Below, piece after piece: positions 38,718-46,198 of a DNA stretch of 64,000 bases. This stretch comes from a virus, in IMG/VR virus record IMGVR_UViG_3300047297_000301, positions 1 to 64,000 of that record. One strand, given 5' to 3'. The notes beneath the pieces were generated by a model. The model was not told the origin of the DNA, did not search any database, and was given only the letters and a program-made list of their open reading frames with translations. Position 1 is the stretch's first letter, and each line of letters starts with the position of its first letter. A program made the translations under genes and the position numbers.

Positions 38718-39384
38718 ACTAAAAGCTCATGCAGCGGAATTGGAAACAATTCTTGCTGCACGAGCTTTTCCTTTGCCAACAGAGTACGATTCTGGTTGGT
38801 ACACTAAGAATTTTTCTAGTGCTTGGATCCGACGTGGTAACTTAGATGTTATTGACGTGTCAGAATCCAAAAAACTTTATATGATGCACTTGTGTATATT
38901 CCCGCACGTTTACGATGCAGCCCCTATTTACGGCTTTGACATTGTAGCAGGAACAAATAAAATCACAGGAGCGTTTTTAGATTTTTCACCTACAGGCGAC
39001 CCTGAGCACCCAATGTGCAAATGGTTTCAAGAGTTTGTAGAACCTACTTCGTGGGCAAAACCACGAGAGCTGCCTGAATGGGCACGAAATATATTTTCAA
39101 ACCGCATGGTTGCAGCAGGTAATATTAATACTGATTTTGAACTTGCAGTTATACTAGAGATTTCAAAGAAGTCGTTAATTTACTACTTGGACAGTATATC
39201 AAAATATCGTCCAGCACTAAAATACGAAGATATGGTAGCACAACATAATTTTACTGAAAAGCAAAATTATTACTGTCAGCAACAAAAATGTAACCCACAT
39301 ACTCCACGAGTATTGAAAACACTAGGATTTAACGATGATCAAGTACATGAGTACATACATAAAGAACTATTTCCTGAAGTATGA
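38698..39384 (+). CDS. pcyX: Ferredoxin-dependent bilin reductase, PcyX/PcyA-like
   Basis: MMHLCIFP, PIYGFDIVAG, AFLDFSP, RELPEWARNIFS, QNYYCQQQKCNPHT; overlaps the heme oxygenase gene. Confidence 0.85.
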   Translation: MSTIFSKLKAHAAELETILAARAFPLPTEYDSGWYTKNFSSAWIRRGNLDVIDVSESKKLYMMHLCIFPHVYDAAPIYGFDIVAGTNKITGAFLDFSPTGDPEHPMCKWFQEFVEPTSWAKPRELPEWARNIFSNRMVAAGNINTDFELAVILEISKKSLIYYLDSISKYRPALKYEDMVAQHNFTEKQNYYCQQQKCNPHTPRVLKTLGFNDDQVHEYIHKELFPEV

Positions 39385-39430
39385 ACAACAATGGATAGAT
39401 TATTGGTATCATTACGGAGGACCTAAATAA
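39335..39430 (+). CDS. Putative 31-aa Tyr/Trp-rich peptide
   Basis: MIKYMSTYIKNYFLKYEQQWIDYWYHYGGPK; AGGA SD; its TAA overlaps the ATG of 39430. Confidence 0.35.
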   Translation: MIKYMSTYIKNYFLKYEQQWIDYWYHYGGPK

Positions 39431-39846
39431 TGTGGATACTACAATTTTTACCCAACTGGATATTTTACTTAGCATTAATAGCAGGCATAGCCGCCCTTTT
39501 AATCACACATTTTGTTAAAGTATTACCTAACGCGCAGTTAATTAAATTAGCAAGCGTTGCAGTAGTTTTGTTTAGCATTTTTATGATAGGTGCTATATCA
39601 AATAATGATGCTTGGCTAGCCAAAATCAAAGACTTAGAAGTTAAGGTTGCACAAGCAGAAGCTAAGTCAGCTGCAACAAATACTGATATTGTAGAAAAAA
39701 CTGTTGTAAAAACGCAAATTGTTAAACAACGTGGTCAAGACATTGTTAAGTATGTAGACCGCGAAGTTGTTAAGTATGACACAACTTGTGTTATTCCCAA
39801 AGAATTTGTACTTGTACACAACCGTGCAGCAGAGGCACCAAAATGA
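39430..39846 (+). CDS. i-spanin (Rz-like) membrane protein
   Basis: N-terminal TM helices, coiled coil, C.IP.EFV..HN.AA end; precedes a lipoprotein. Confidence 0.7.
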   Translation: MWILQFLPNWIFYLALIAGIAALLITHFVKVLPNAQLIKLASVAVVLFSIFMIGAISNNDAWLAKIKDLEVKVAQAEAKSAATNTDIVEKTVVKTQIVKQRGQDIVKYVDREVVKYDTTCVIPKEFVLVHNRAAEAPK

Positions 39847-40106
39847 AATTGTTAATATTATCATTAGTTTTGTTACTTAGTGCCTGCACAACTGTTCCAG
39901 TGGTCGCAAAGTTTCCACAAGCACCAGGTGCACTAGTACAAGAGCCTTGCCCTAACTTGCAAAAACTGCAAGACGAAGCCAAATTATCAGATGTTGCAAA
40001 AATTGTAACGGTTAATTATACCGAATACTATATGTGCGCTGTGAAATTAGAAGCCTGGCAGCGTTGGTATCGTGAACAAAAAACCATTTATGAAAGCGTG
40101 AAGTAA
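39843..40106 (+). CDS. o-spanin (Rz1-like) lipoprotein
   Basis: Lipobox MKLLILSLVLLLSA-C; Pro-rich; NY.EYY.C. Confidence 0.75.
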   Translation: MKLLILSLVLLLSACTTVPVVAKFPQAPGALVQEPCPNLQKLQDEAKLSDVAKIVTVNYTEYYMCAVKLEAWQRWYREQKTIYESVK

Positions 40107-40720
40107 TGGAATTAACACTTGCTCAACTAAAACAAATTGTTGATAAAAATCCACATATAGAGTACTGGCATCGTGCATTAGTACAACTATTACCAGAATA
40201 CGAAATTAACACTCCACAACGCATGGCAGCTTTTTTAGCGCAATGCGCACACGAGTCAGGCGGGTTTCGTGCAATCAAAGAAAACTTAAACTATCGTGCA
40301 GTTACGCTCAGGAAGATTTTTGGCAAATACTTTCCCACTGATGAAATGGCTCAACAATATGCAAACAAACCAGAAAAAATTGCTAACTTAGTTTATGCTA
40401 ATAGGATGGGTAATGGCGGACCTGAAACAGGCGATGGCTATCGTTATTCGGGTCGTGGACTGATTCAGCTAACTGGCAAAGACAATTACTTTTGGTTTGC
40501 CGCTTCAATAAACTTAACAGCTGAAGCTGCTAGTGAATATATGGAAACCTTTGAAGGTGCAGCACAATCGGCGTGCTGGTTCTGGGAAACAAACAACTTA
40601 AATCAGTGGGCAGATAAAGACGATATCTTAACACTAACTAAACGTATCAATGGCGGTACTATTGGCCTAGAAGATCGTATAAAACATTATGAACATGCCA
40701 AGCATGTACTAGGAGCCTAA
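40106..40720 (+). CDS. Endolysin, glycoside hydrolase family 19
   Basis: AAFLAQCAHESGGF, ENLNY, YANRMGNG, GRGLIQLTGKDNY, TKRINGG..GLEDR. Confidence 0.93.
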   Translation: MELTLAQLKQIVDKNPHIEYWHRALVQLLPEYEINTPQRMAAFLAQCAHESGGFRAIKENLNYRAVTLRKIFGKYFPTDEMAQQYANKPEKIANLVYANRMGNGGPETGDGYRYSGRGLIQLTGKDNYFWFAASINLTAEAASEYMETFEGAAQSACWFWETNNLNQWADKDDILTLTKRINGGTIGLEDRIKHYEHAKHVLGA

Positions 40721-40723
40721 GCG

Positions 40724-40861
40724 GTGCTTGCCGCTTGGTTAGTTTCATTAACATTAAGTTATGCCAAACCTGAAGAATATGAATGTGTTAGGTGGGCATG
40801 GACTGGAGACGTATATAATCGAAAAGTAATTTGTTTAGAATGGCGTAAAAAACGCCGATAG
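40724..40861 (+). CDS. 45-aa putative exported peptide with two Cys
   Basis: AGGAG SD, GTG start; VLAAWLVSLTLSYAKPEEYECVRWAWTGDVYNRKVICLEWRKKRR. Confidence 0.65.
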   Translation: MLAAWLVSLTLSYAKPEEYECVRWAWTGDVYNRKVICLEWRKKRR

Positions 40862-40870
40862 GGGGTAAGT

Positions 40871-41368
40871 ATGATAGATCCAATGACCGCACTAGCGGGG
40901 ATACAAACGGCCATTTCTATGGTTAAAAAAGCCAGCGCAGTTGCTAACGATTTAGGGTCGTTAGCACCAATGATTGGCAAAATGTTTGATGCTAAAAGCA
41001 CGGCAACTAAAGCTTTAATGGAAGCAAAGAAGTCTGGCAAAGGCAACAACATGGGCACTGCCTTACAAATTGAGATGGCCCTAGAACAAGCCAGAGCATT
41101 TGAAGAAGAACTAAAAATGTTGTTTATGCAAACAGGCAAAATTGATGTTTGGAACAAGATTAAAGCACGTCAGGCTGAAATGGATGCCAATGATGCTAAT
41201 GAACTAAGACTTTTTAATGCTCAAGAACGAGCACGTAAACAAAAAGAAGAAGAATTAAACGAATGGGCTATGATACTTGGTGGAGCTGCTTTTGTTTTAT
41301 TTATAATGTTTATTGGCGGATACGAACTAATGCAATACTGCCAAACAGGTAATAGGTGTGGCCGATGA
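40871..41368 (+). CDS. Membrane protein in lysis cluster (holin candidate)
   Basis: Amphipathic N-terminus, coiled coil, C-terminal TM helix. Confidence 0.65.
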   Translation: MIDPMTALAGIQTAISMVKKASAVANDLGSLAPMIGKMFDAKSTATKALMEAKKSGKGNNMGTALQIEMALEQARAFEEELKMLFMQTGKIDVWNKIKARQAEMDANDANELRLFNAQERARKQKEEELNEWAMILGGAAFVLFIMFIGGYELMQYCQTGNRCGR

Positions 41369-41514
41369 ATGAGTACCAAAAAACAGCGGATTTGTGTTTT
41401 AAAATATTCACTTACGGATGTGTAGCACTTTATGCTTTAGGGTTTTTAAAATTTTTACCAGACGATCTATCAGATAAAATTGTTAATTTATTATTAGGAA
41501 AAATAGGGCTATAA
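41365..41514 (+). CDS. 49-aa membrane protein
   Basis: AGGTG SD, ATGA overlap; MNEYQKTADLCFKIFTYGCVALYALGFLKFLPDDLSDKIVNLLLGKIGL. Confidence 0.65.
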   Translation: MNEYQKTADLCFKIFTYGCVALYALGFLKFLPDDLSDKIVNLLLGKIGL

Positions 41515-41820
41515 ATGCACAATGATTTAAAACTATTTAAATGGGCAATACTTTTGTTATCAATACCTTTAGCTTTAGCATTTTTTGGTAAAGACAGCTA
41601 TCGCTACCCATGTCAAGACCCTGCAAACTGGGAAAAAGATTACTGTAAAGTACCTATCTGTGACGTTAACAGAACTTGCCCAGAGCATATTTTCAAAGGC
41701 CAACGCGATCCAAGACTAGGACCTCCCAAAGATGGACAAACTCAAACAACTAATCAGTCATTTGCAGCAACAACTGCGTGCACACCTCAGCAAACACAAG
41801 GAGCTACCCGTGGAAAGTAA
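41515..41820 (+). CDS. Membrane-anchored 4-Cys periplasmic protein
   Basis: TM helix then YRYPCQDPANW...C..P.C.....CP. Confidence 0.7.
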   Translation: MHNDLKLFKWAILLLSIPLALAFFGKDSYRYPCQDPANWEKDYCKVPICDVNRTCPEHIFKGQRDPRLGPPKDGQTQTTNQSFAATTACTPQQTQGATRGK

Positions 41821-42268
41821 CCCAATTATTTATACTGAAGATCAGCTAATGGCGCGCCTAAAATTCTTTATTGGGATTTGTTTGGCCCTTACATTAACTG
41901 GCATTGTGTTTGTAGTTTTGTACTCCATTATTTTTATTACTCAACCGCTAAACGCTATTAGCCCGATTGACCAAAAGTTCTTTGAGATGATTATTCCTAT
42001 TGCTACCTTTTTAACAGGTACATTATCAGGAATTATGTTAGCAGGTGGTAGCAAAGAAGAAATGGAAATGAAACGTGACATGATTAAACAAGCGCAAGAA
42101 AATTCAAATACTTATGCTAAAGCTAATCCTGTAAAGATTGAACCAACCTTTTCGCCAGGATTCTCAACAACTGCAGGGTTTAATGGAACTAGTGCTGCTC
42201 CTGTTACTAATATTACTTATATTAACGGAAAGCCCGCTCCACAACAAGCACCACATCCAGAGATTTAA
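41810..42268 (+). CDS. Two-TM membrane protein
   Basis: AAGGAG SD before GTG 41810; two hydrophobic helices; IATFLTGTLSGIML. Confidence 0.7.
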   Translation: MESNPIIYTEDQLMARLKFFIGICLALTLTGIVFVVLYSIIFITQPLNAISPIDQKFFEMIIPIATFLTGTLSGIMLAGGSKEEMEMKRDMIKQAQENSNTYAKANPVKIEPTFSPGFSTTAGFNGTSAAPVTNITYINGKPAPQQAPHPEI

Positions 42269-42487
42269 ATGGATAACGTAAAAATTATGTTATCAGAAGA
42301 CTCAGCCGTTAGTAGTAAACGAGTAATTACTTTTTTAGCTTTTTTACTATGTGCTGGTGCTTTTATAGCTATGATACTTGGTTATCCCATAGACGCAAAA
42401 CTATTTGATTCTATGATGTTTATTGTAATTGCAGGATTAGGATTTACAGCAAGCGAAAAGTTTGCATCAACTAAGGAAAAGAAATGA
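42269..42487 (+). CDS. Small two-TM protein (holin-like)
   Basis: SSKRVITFLAF...IVIAGLGFTASEKF...KEKK. Confidence 0.6.
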   Translation: MDNVKIMLSEDSAVSSKRVITFLAFLLCAGAFIAMILGYPIDAKLFDSMMFIVIAGLGFTASEKFASTKEKK

Positions 42488-42699
42488 AAAAATTTATTGT
42501 AGCTGTTATTGCTAGTTTCGCACTTGTGTCAGCATTAGCTTGCGAAGCCGCAGAAACCAAAAAAGTCTGTAAAGAAAAAACAGATAAAGCTGGAAAGCCT
42601 GTACTAGACAAAGCAGGCAAACCTCAAGAAGAATGCAAAACTATTAAAGTACACCAAAAACTTGAAGGTACTAAAGTTGAAGACGCTAAGAAGAAGTAA
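42484..42699 (+). CDS. Secreted Lys-rich small protein with Cys pair
   Basis: Signal peptide MKKFIVAVIASFALVSALA; KKVC...ECKTIKVH.KLEGTKV. Confidence 0.7.
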   Translation: MKKFIVAVIASFALVSALACEAAETKKVCKEKTDKAGKPVLDKAGKPQEECKTIKVHQKLEGTKVEDAKKK

Positions 42700-42707
42700 A
42701 TTTATAT

Positions 42708-42736
42708 TTGACAGACACATCTAGGTCTGCTATAAT
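42708..42736 (+). promoter_or_regulatory. Consensus sigma70 promoter for phoH unit
   Basis: TTGACA-N17-TATAAT, extended TG. Confidence 0.9.
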
Positions 42737-42778
42737 ATAAATAGGCAGATCAATTTTATCAACCTTACAAGGAAGTTT

Positions 42779-43465
42779 ATGGCAAGTGGTAAAAGAGCAA
42801 GACGCGACAATGTAATTCAATTGGAACGTAACCCAGTAGAGTATGGATTTACAGATGTAAAACCTTTAAACTTTATACAAGCAGAATATCTAAGAGCAAT
42901 TCAATCTAATCAAATAGTATTTGGTGTAGGAAGTGCTGGAACAGGTAAGACGTATGTAGCAGCAACATATGCTGCGGGAGAACTCTTTCATAGACGTATT
43001 CAGAAGATAGTTCTGACTAGACCCAACGTAGAAACAGGTCGTGGGCTAGGATTTTTACCAGGTACACTAGAGGAGAAATACGCTCCCTATCTAGAACCTT
43101 TTGATAATGTGTTTGCTCGTAGCCTTGGCAAAGGTTTTTATGAGTATGCACTAAAAGCAAAAACAATTGAGCCTAAACCACTGGGTTTTATGCGGGGTGC
43201 AACTTTTGACAATTGCATCGTTCTCTTAGATGAAGCACAAAATGCTACAAAAGAAGAGATGAAAATGCTGTTATCACGTATTGGTAAAAATTGTAAAATG
43301 ATTATCTCAGGAGATGTAGATCAATCTGATATTCCTGATTCAGGACTATCAGACGCAATTCATCGTTTAGACTGTATTCCAGATATTGAAGTTGTCAGAT
43401 TCATGGATGATGATATTGTACGATCTAAAATGTGTAAACAAATTATATTAGCTTATAGAGATTAA
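42779..43465 (+). CDS. phoH: PhoH family ATPase
   Basis: GSAGTGKT, LGFLPG, FMRGATF, DEAQN, LLSRIG, GDVDQSD, DIVRS. Confidence 0.95.
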   Translation: MASGKRARRDNVIQLERNPVEYGFTDVKPLNFIQAEYLRAIQSNQIVFGVGSAGTGKTYVAATYAAGELFHRRIQKIVLTRPNVETGRGLGFLPGTLEEKYAPYLEPFDNVFARSLGKGFYEYALKAKTIEPKPLGFMRGATFDNCIVLLDEAQNATKEEMKMLLSRIGKNCKMIISGDVDQSDIPDSGLSDAIHRLDCIPDIEVVRFMDDDIVRSKMCKQIILAYRD

Positions 43466-43468
43466 ATT

Positions 43469-44107
43469 ATGGCAACAACTTATAAGCCTACATCAGGCAT
43501 GGCAAGCGCAGCCAAACGCGCACTAAAATGGCGAGCGGATGGTAAGCCGGGAGGTACACTGGTAGGATTAGCACGGGCAAATCAACTAAAAGATCGTGAT
43601 CCTCTTACAGCTTCAACTGTGCTCAGAATGTTCTCCTTTTTTAGCCGACACGAAGTAGACAAACGTGCTACTGGATTTAACAGTGGTGAAGAAGGTTTTC
43701 CAAGCAAAGGTCGAGTAGCCTGGGACTTGTGGGGCGGAGATGGTGGATACTCTTGGAGTACTGCTAAACGCAATCAAATTATGCGTGCACGAGAAGGCAA
43801 AGCACTTCACCTAGTAAAACTAAGTGAAAAAGGTATTGTACCTAAAATGGCACGTATGGTAGCTGCTCAGGTACTTGAAAACTACGCAAATGAGTATATC
43901 AGCGAAGAGCTGGAAGCATTTGGTCAGTTTATGTATCACGCAGAACTCTTACGAAATGATCATTTAGACGTTTACCTAGTAGACTTACACATGGTAGACC
44001 AACCTTATCGTGATATGCTTGTTAACGTATTTGGTAATTTACACAGTATGCATGACGAAGATGAGACTGTTGATGACGAAGATTCAGACGAAGATACTCC
44101 CACTTAA
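43469..44107 (+). CDS. Hypothetical protein (RMFSFFSRH / AWDLWGGDGG domain, acidic tail)
   Basis: Clean ORF co-transcribed with phoH. Confidence 0.75.
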   Translation: MATTYKPTSGMASAAKRALKWRADGKPGGTLVGLARANQLKDRDPLTASTVLRMFSFFSRHEVDKRATGFNSGEEGFPSKGRVAWDLWGGDGGYSWSTAKRNQIMRAREGKALHLVKLSEKGIVPKMARMVAAQVLENYANEYISEELEAFGQFMYHAELLRNDHLDVYLVDLHMVDQPYRDMLVNVFGNLHSMHDEDETVDDEDSDEDTPT

Positions 44108-44127
44108 CAATTATATAGAAAGCGATT

Positions 44128-44199
44128 ATGGCAACTAAACCCAAAACTCCTCCAAAAATGCCAAAAGTTCCTGGTAAGAAACCAAAACCTGCGTACTAA
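44128..44199 (+). CDS. Putative 23-aa Lys/Pro-rich peptide
   Basis: MATKPKTPPKMPKVPGKKPKPAY; stop directly before the terminator. Confidence 0.5.
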   Translation: MATKPKTPPKMPKVPGKKPKPAY

Positions 44200-44201
44200 A
44201 T

Positions 44202-44239
44202 AAAAAAGCCCCTATAGAGCAATCTATAGGGGCTTTTTT
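44202..44239. terminator. Bidirectional terminator, copy 1 (left boundary of island)
   Basis: AAAAAAGCCCCTATAG-AGCAAT-CTATAGGGGCTTTTTT between convergent genes. Confidence 0.92.
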
Positions 44240-44676
44240 CATTCTTGCAATGTCGAGTATAATTTCCAACCGTGTTCACGGTGTTCTTCTATACGTTCAC
44301 TTAAAAATGCACATAAGTCTGGCATTTTATACATTTCAGCTAATTGATATGCTGTTAGTAGTGTTTCATGTACTTTGACGTTATCTATATACAATGTGCG
44401 TACCATCTCTTTTGGAGGAAGAATTTCTAGTGTATCTTGTATATCGGACATTTCTTTTAAGTGTTGAAAACTTGCATGCACATAAATGTTTTGACCACGT
44501 AAAGTTTCAGCAAAGTCGTCTAACTCGTCTTGAACTTCGTCGTATATATCTCCAAACAACTTATGGTACTGTACAAAGTTAACACCAGTTACATTCCAGT
44601 GAAAGTTTTCTGCTTTTACTAAAAACGCATAGGTTGTTGCAAAAGCCCGTTTAAGGGCCATGTGTAGTTCTTCCAT
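44239..44676 (-). CDS. dps: Dps (mini-ferritin)
   Basis: KAENFHWNVTG..F.QYHKLFGDIYDE....DDFAE; HREHGWKL. Confidence 0.92.
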   Translation of the reverse strand: MEELHMALKRAFATTYAFLVKAENFHWNVTGVNFVQYHKLFGDIYDEVQDELDDFAETLRGQNIYVHASFQHLKEMSDIQDTLEILPPKEMVRTLYIDNVKVHETLLTAYQLAEMYKMPDLCAFLSERIEEHREHGWKLYSTLQE

Positions 44677-45080
44677 TATACAACATTCCAGTTAGTGCCG
44701 CTAAATATTAGTGTAACTGCACCATCTGTTGCGGCTAAAACGGTATAGCTTGCTGCATTTTCAACAGTTTCTGCTCCGTTTGGAGTAATTGTAAAATCAC
44801 TGGTTTGACCAGCTTCTGATTTTACTACTACTACACGACCTTCTGTGCCTGCTGTTAATAATATACTAATTGCAGCACCTGTGCCAACTACTCCAAGATA
44901 GTAGTTAGGTGTTGCGCCAGCGCTATCAAGAGTATAAGGACTTGCTGCATTGTTTACTAATTTAGTGTTAACTGTGCCGTTGCCAACAACAGAAATAACG
45001 CCGTTGGTTACGTTTACACCGCTTCCAACTTTAACTACACCATAGTTGGTGGTTGAACTTAAGGGGCTATTAAATGCCAT
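44676..45080 (-). CDS. Fibre-like protein (shared N-motif + WNVV-ending beta domain)
   Basis: AAGGA SD; N-terminus shared with 45644, C-domain shared with 46135. Confidence 0.75.
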   Translation of the reverse strand: MAFNSPLSSTTNYGVVKVGSGVNVTNGVISVVGNGTVNTKLVNNAASPYTLDSAGATPNYYLGVVGTGAAISILLTAGTEGRVVVVKSEAGQTSDFTITPNGAETVENAASYTVLAATDGAVTLIFSGTNWNVV

Positions 45081-45092
45081 GATTTTTCCTTT

Positions 45093-45644
45093 TTAACTAA
45101 TTCTAGTCATTGTAACTTTTAAACTACTGCCTGTGGGTCGCGTAGGCGTAACTCCAGCAGGTAGTGCACTGAGATTTACTGTTGTGTCTGCACTAGACCA
45201 ACAAAACTGTAGATCGCTGTTAGCAGCCATTGGCAGAGTAAAGTTGCCGCTGGTAAATATTATTGAAAGTGTGTTTATTAACTCTAAGTCTTGTCGTGAG
45301 CCAGGTACGTCAACACCATTATATCGCAACCAAATACTCATTGAGCTAGTACCTCCACTGGTTTTTGCCATTGTGGTAGTAAATAGCACTGTGTACACAC
45401 CAGCATTGGTTACTCGCAAAATGTCACTACCTATTAGTGTAACACCATTGTTAGGCCCTGCAGTGCTAAATGTACCTATGTTAACTTGATTTGCAACTGG
45501 ATTGGTTTGTGTTCCGTTGCTGTAGAATCCGTAATTTAACAGACCACTTCCTGCACTAACTACTCCATCTGTAACACTTAAGCCACCTCCAACTTTCATT
45601 ACTCCATAGTCTGCGGTAGAGGCTAGGGGTTGATTATAACTCAT
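45093..45644 (-). CDS. BclA-C/C1q-like beta-sandwich protein
   Basis: ATGA overlap start (MSYNQPL); RVTNAGVYTVLF...IWLRYNGVDVPGS pattern. Confidence 0.65.
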   Translation of the reverse strand: MSYNQPLASTADYGVMKVGGGLSVTDGVVSAGSGLLNYGFYSNGTQTNPVANQVNIGTFSTAGPNNGVTLIGSDILRVTNAGVYTVLFTTTMAKTSGGTSSMSIWLRYNGVDVPGSRQDLELINTLSIIFTSGNFTLPMAANSDLQFCWSSADTTVNLSALPAGVTPTRPTGSSLKVTMTRIS

Positions 45645-46135
45645 ACTACATTCCATTCTATGCCGTTATAGATTAGGCTAATTGAGCCCCAGTCTGTGTT
45701 TAGTAGGTAGTTTGGTTGTGAGTCAATTGTTGACCCAGTAGTTACCACAGTAATCGGATTCGTGTTAGCGTCTCCAACAGCATCCTTGATAACATAAACT
45801 TTGCCCACAGTACCCGCAGGTAAAGTAATCGTAACTGAGCCATCATAAATAACACCTAAAAAATATTCTGTTGTTGTTGCCGCATAAGCAGTTTCATCTA
45901 TTAATGTAACAGGTACGTCCGCTAGGCTACCTGGCTCACCTTGTGGTCCTTGTGGACCAGGTGGACCTGGTGGACCAGGTGGACCTGGTGGACCTATAAC
46001 ATTACTGTTTATAACTAGGTCAAGATCGTCGAATTTAGGAGGACAAAAAGGTACTATAGGAGCAGGTAATATTGGTGGTATAAATCCAACCATAGGCCAA
46101 CCAAAAGGCATACTCTGCTTTTGTCGTTGATCCAT
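45641..46135 (-). CDS. Collagen-like protein
   Basis: AAGGA SD; Pro-rich N-terminus; (GPP)4-GPQ-GPQ-GEP; C-terminal TITLPAG..GKVYVIKD...WNVV domain. Confidence 0.8.
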   Translation of the reverse strand: MDQRQKQSMPFGWPMVGFIPPILPAPIVPFCPPKFDDLDLVINSNVIGPPGPPGPPGPPGPQGPQGEPGSLADVPVTLIDETAYAATTTEYFLGVIYDGSVTITLPAGTVGKVYVIKDAVGDANTNPITVVTTGSTIDSQPNYLLNTDWGSISLIYNGIEWNVV

Positions 46136-46148
46136 ATTTATTCCTTAT

Positions 46149-46181
46149 AAAAAAGCCCCACAACTTGTGGCTGCGGGGCTT
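46149..46181 (-). terminator. Intrinsic terminator inside island operon
   Basis: Minus strand AAGCCCCGCAG-CCACAAG-TTGTGGGGCTTTTTT. Confidence 0.75.
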
Positions 46182-46198
46182 GTTAAACACATTAAATA

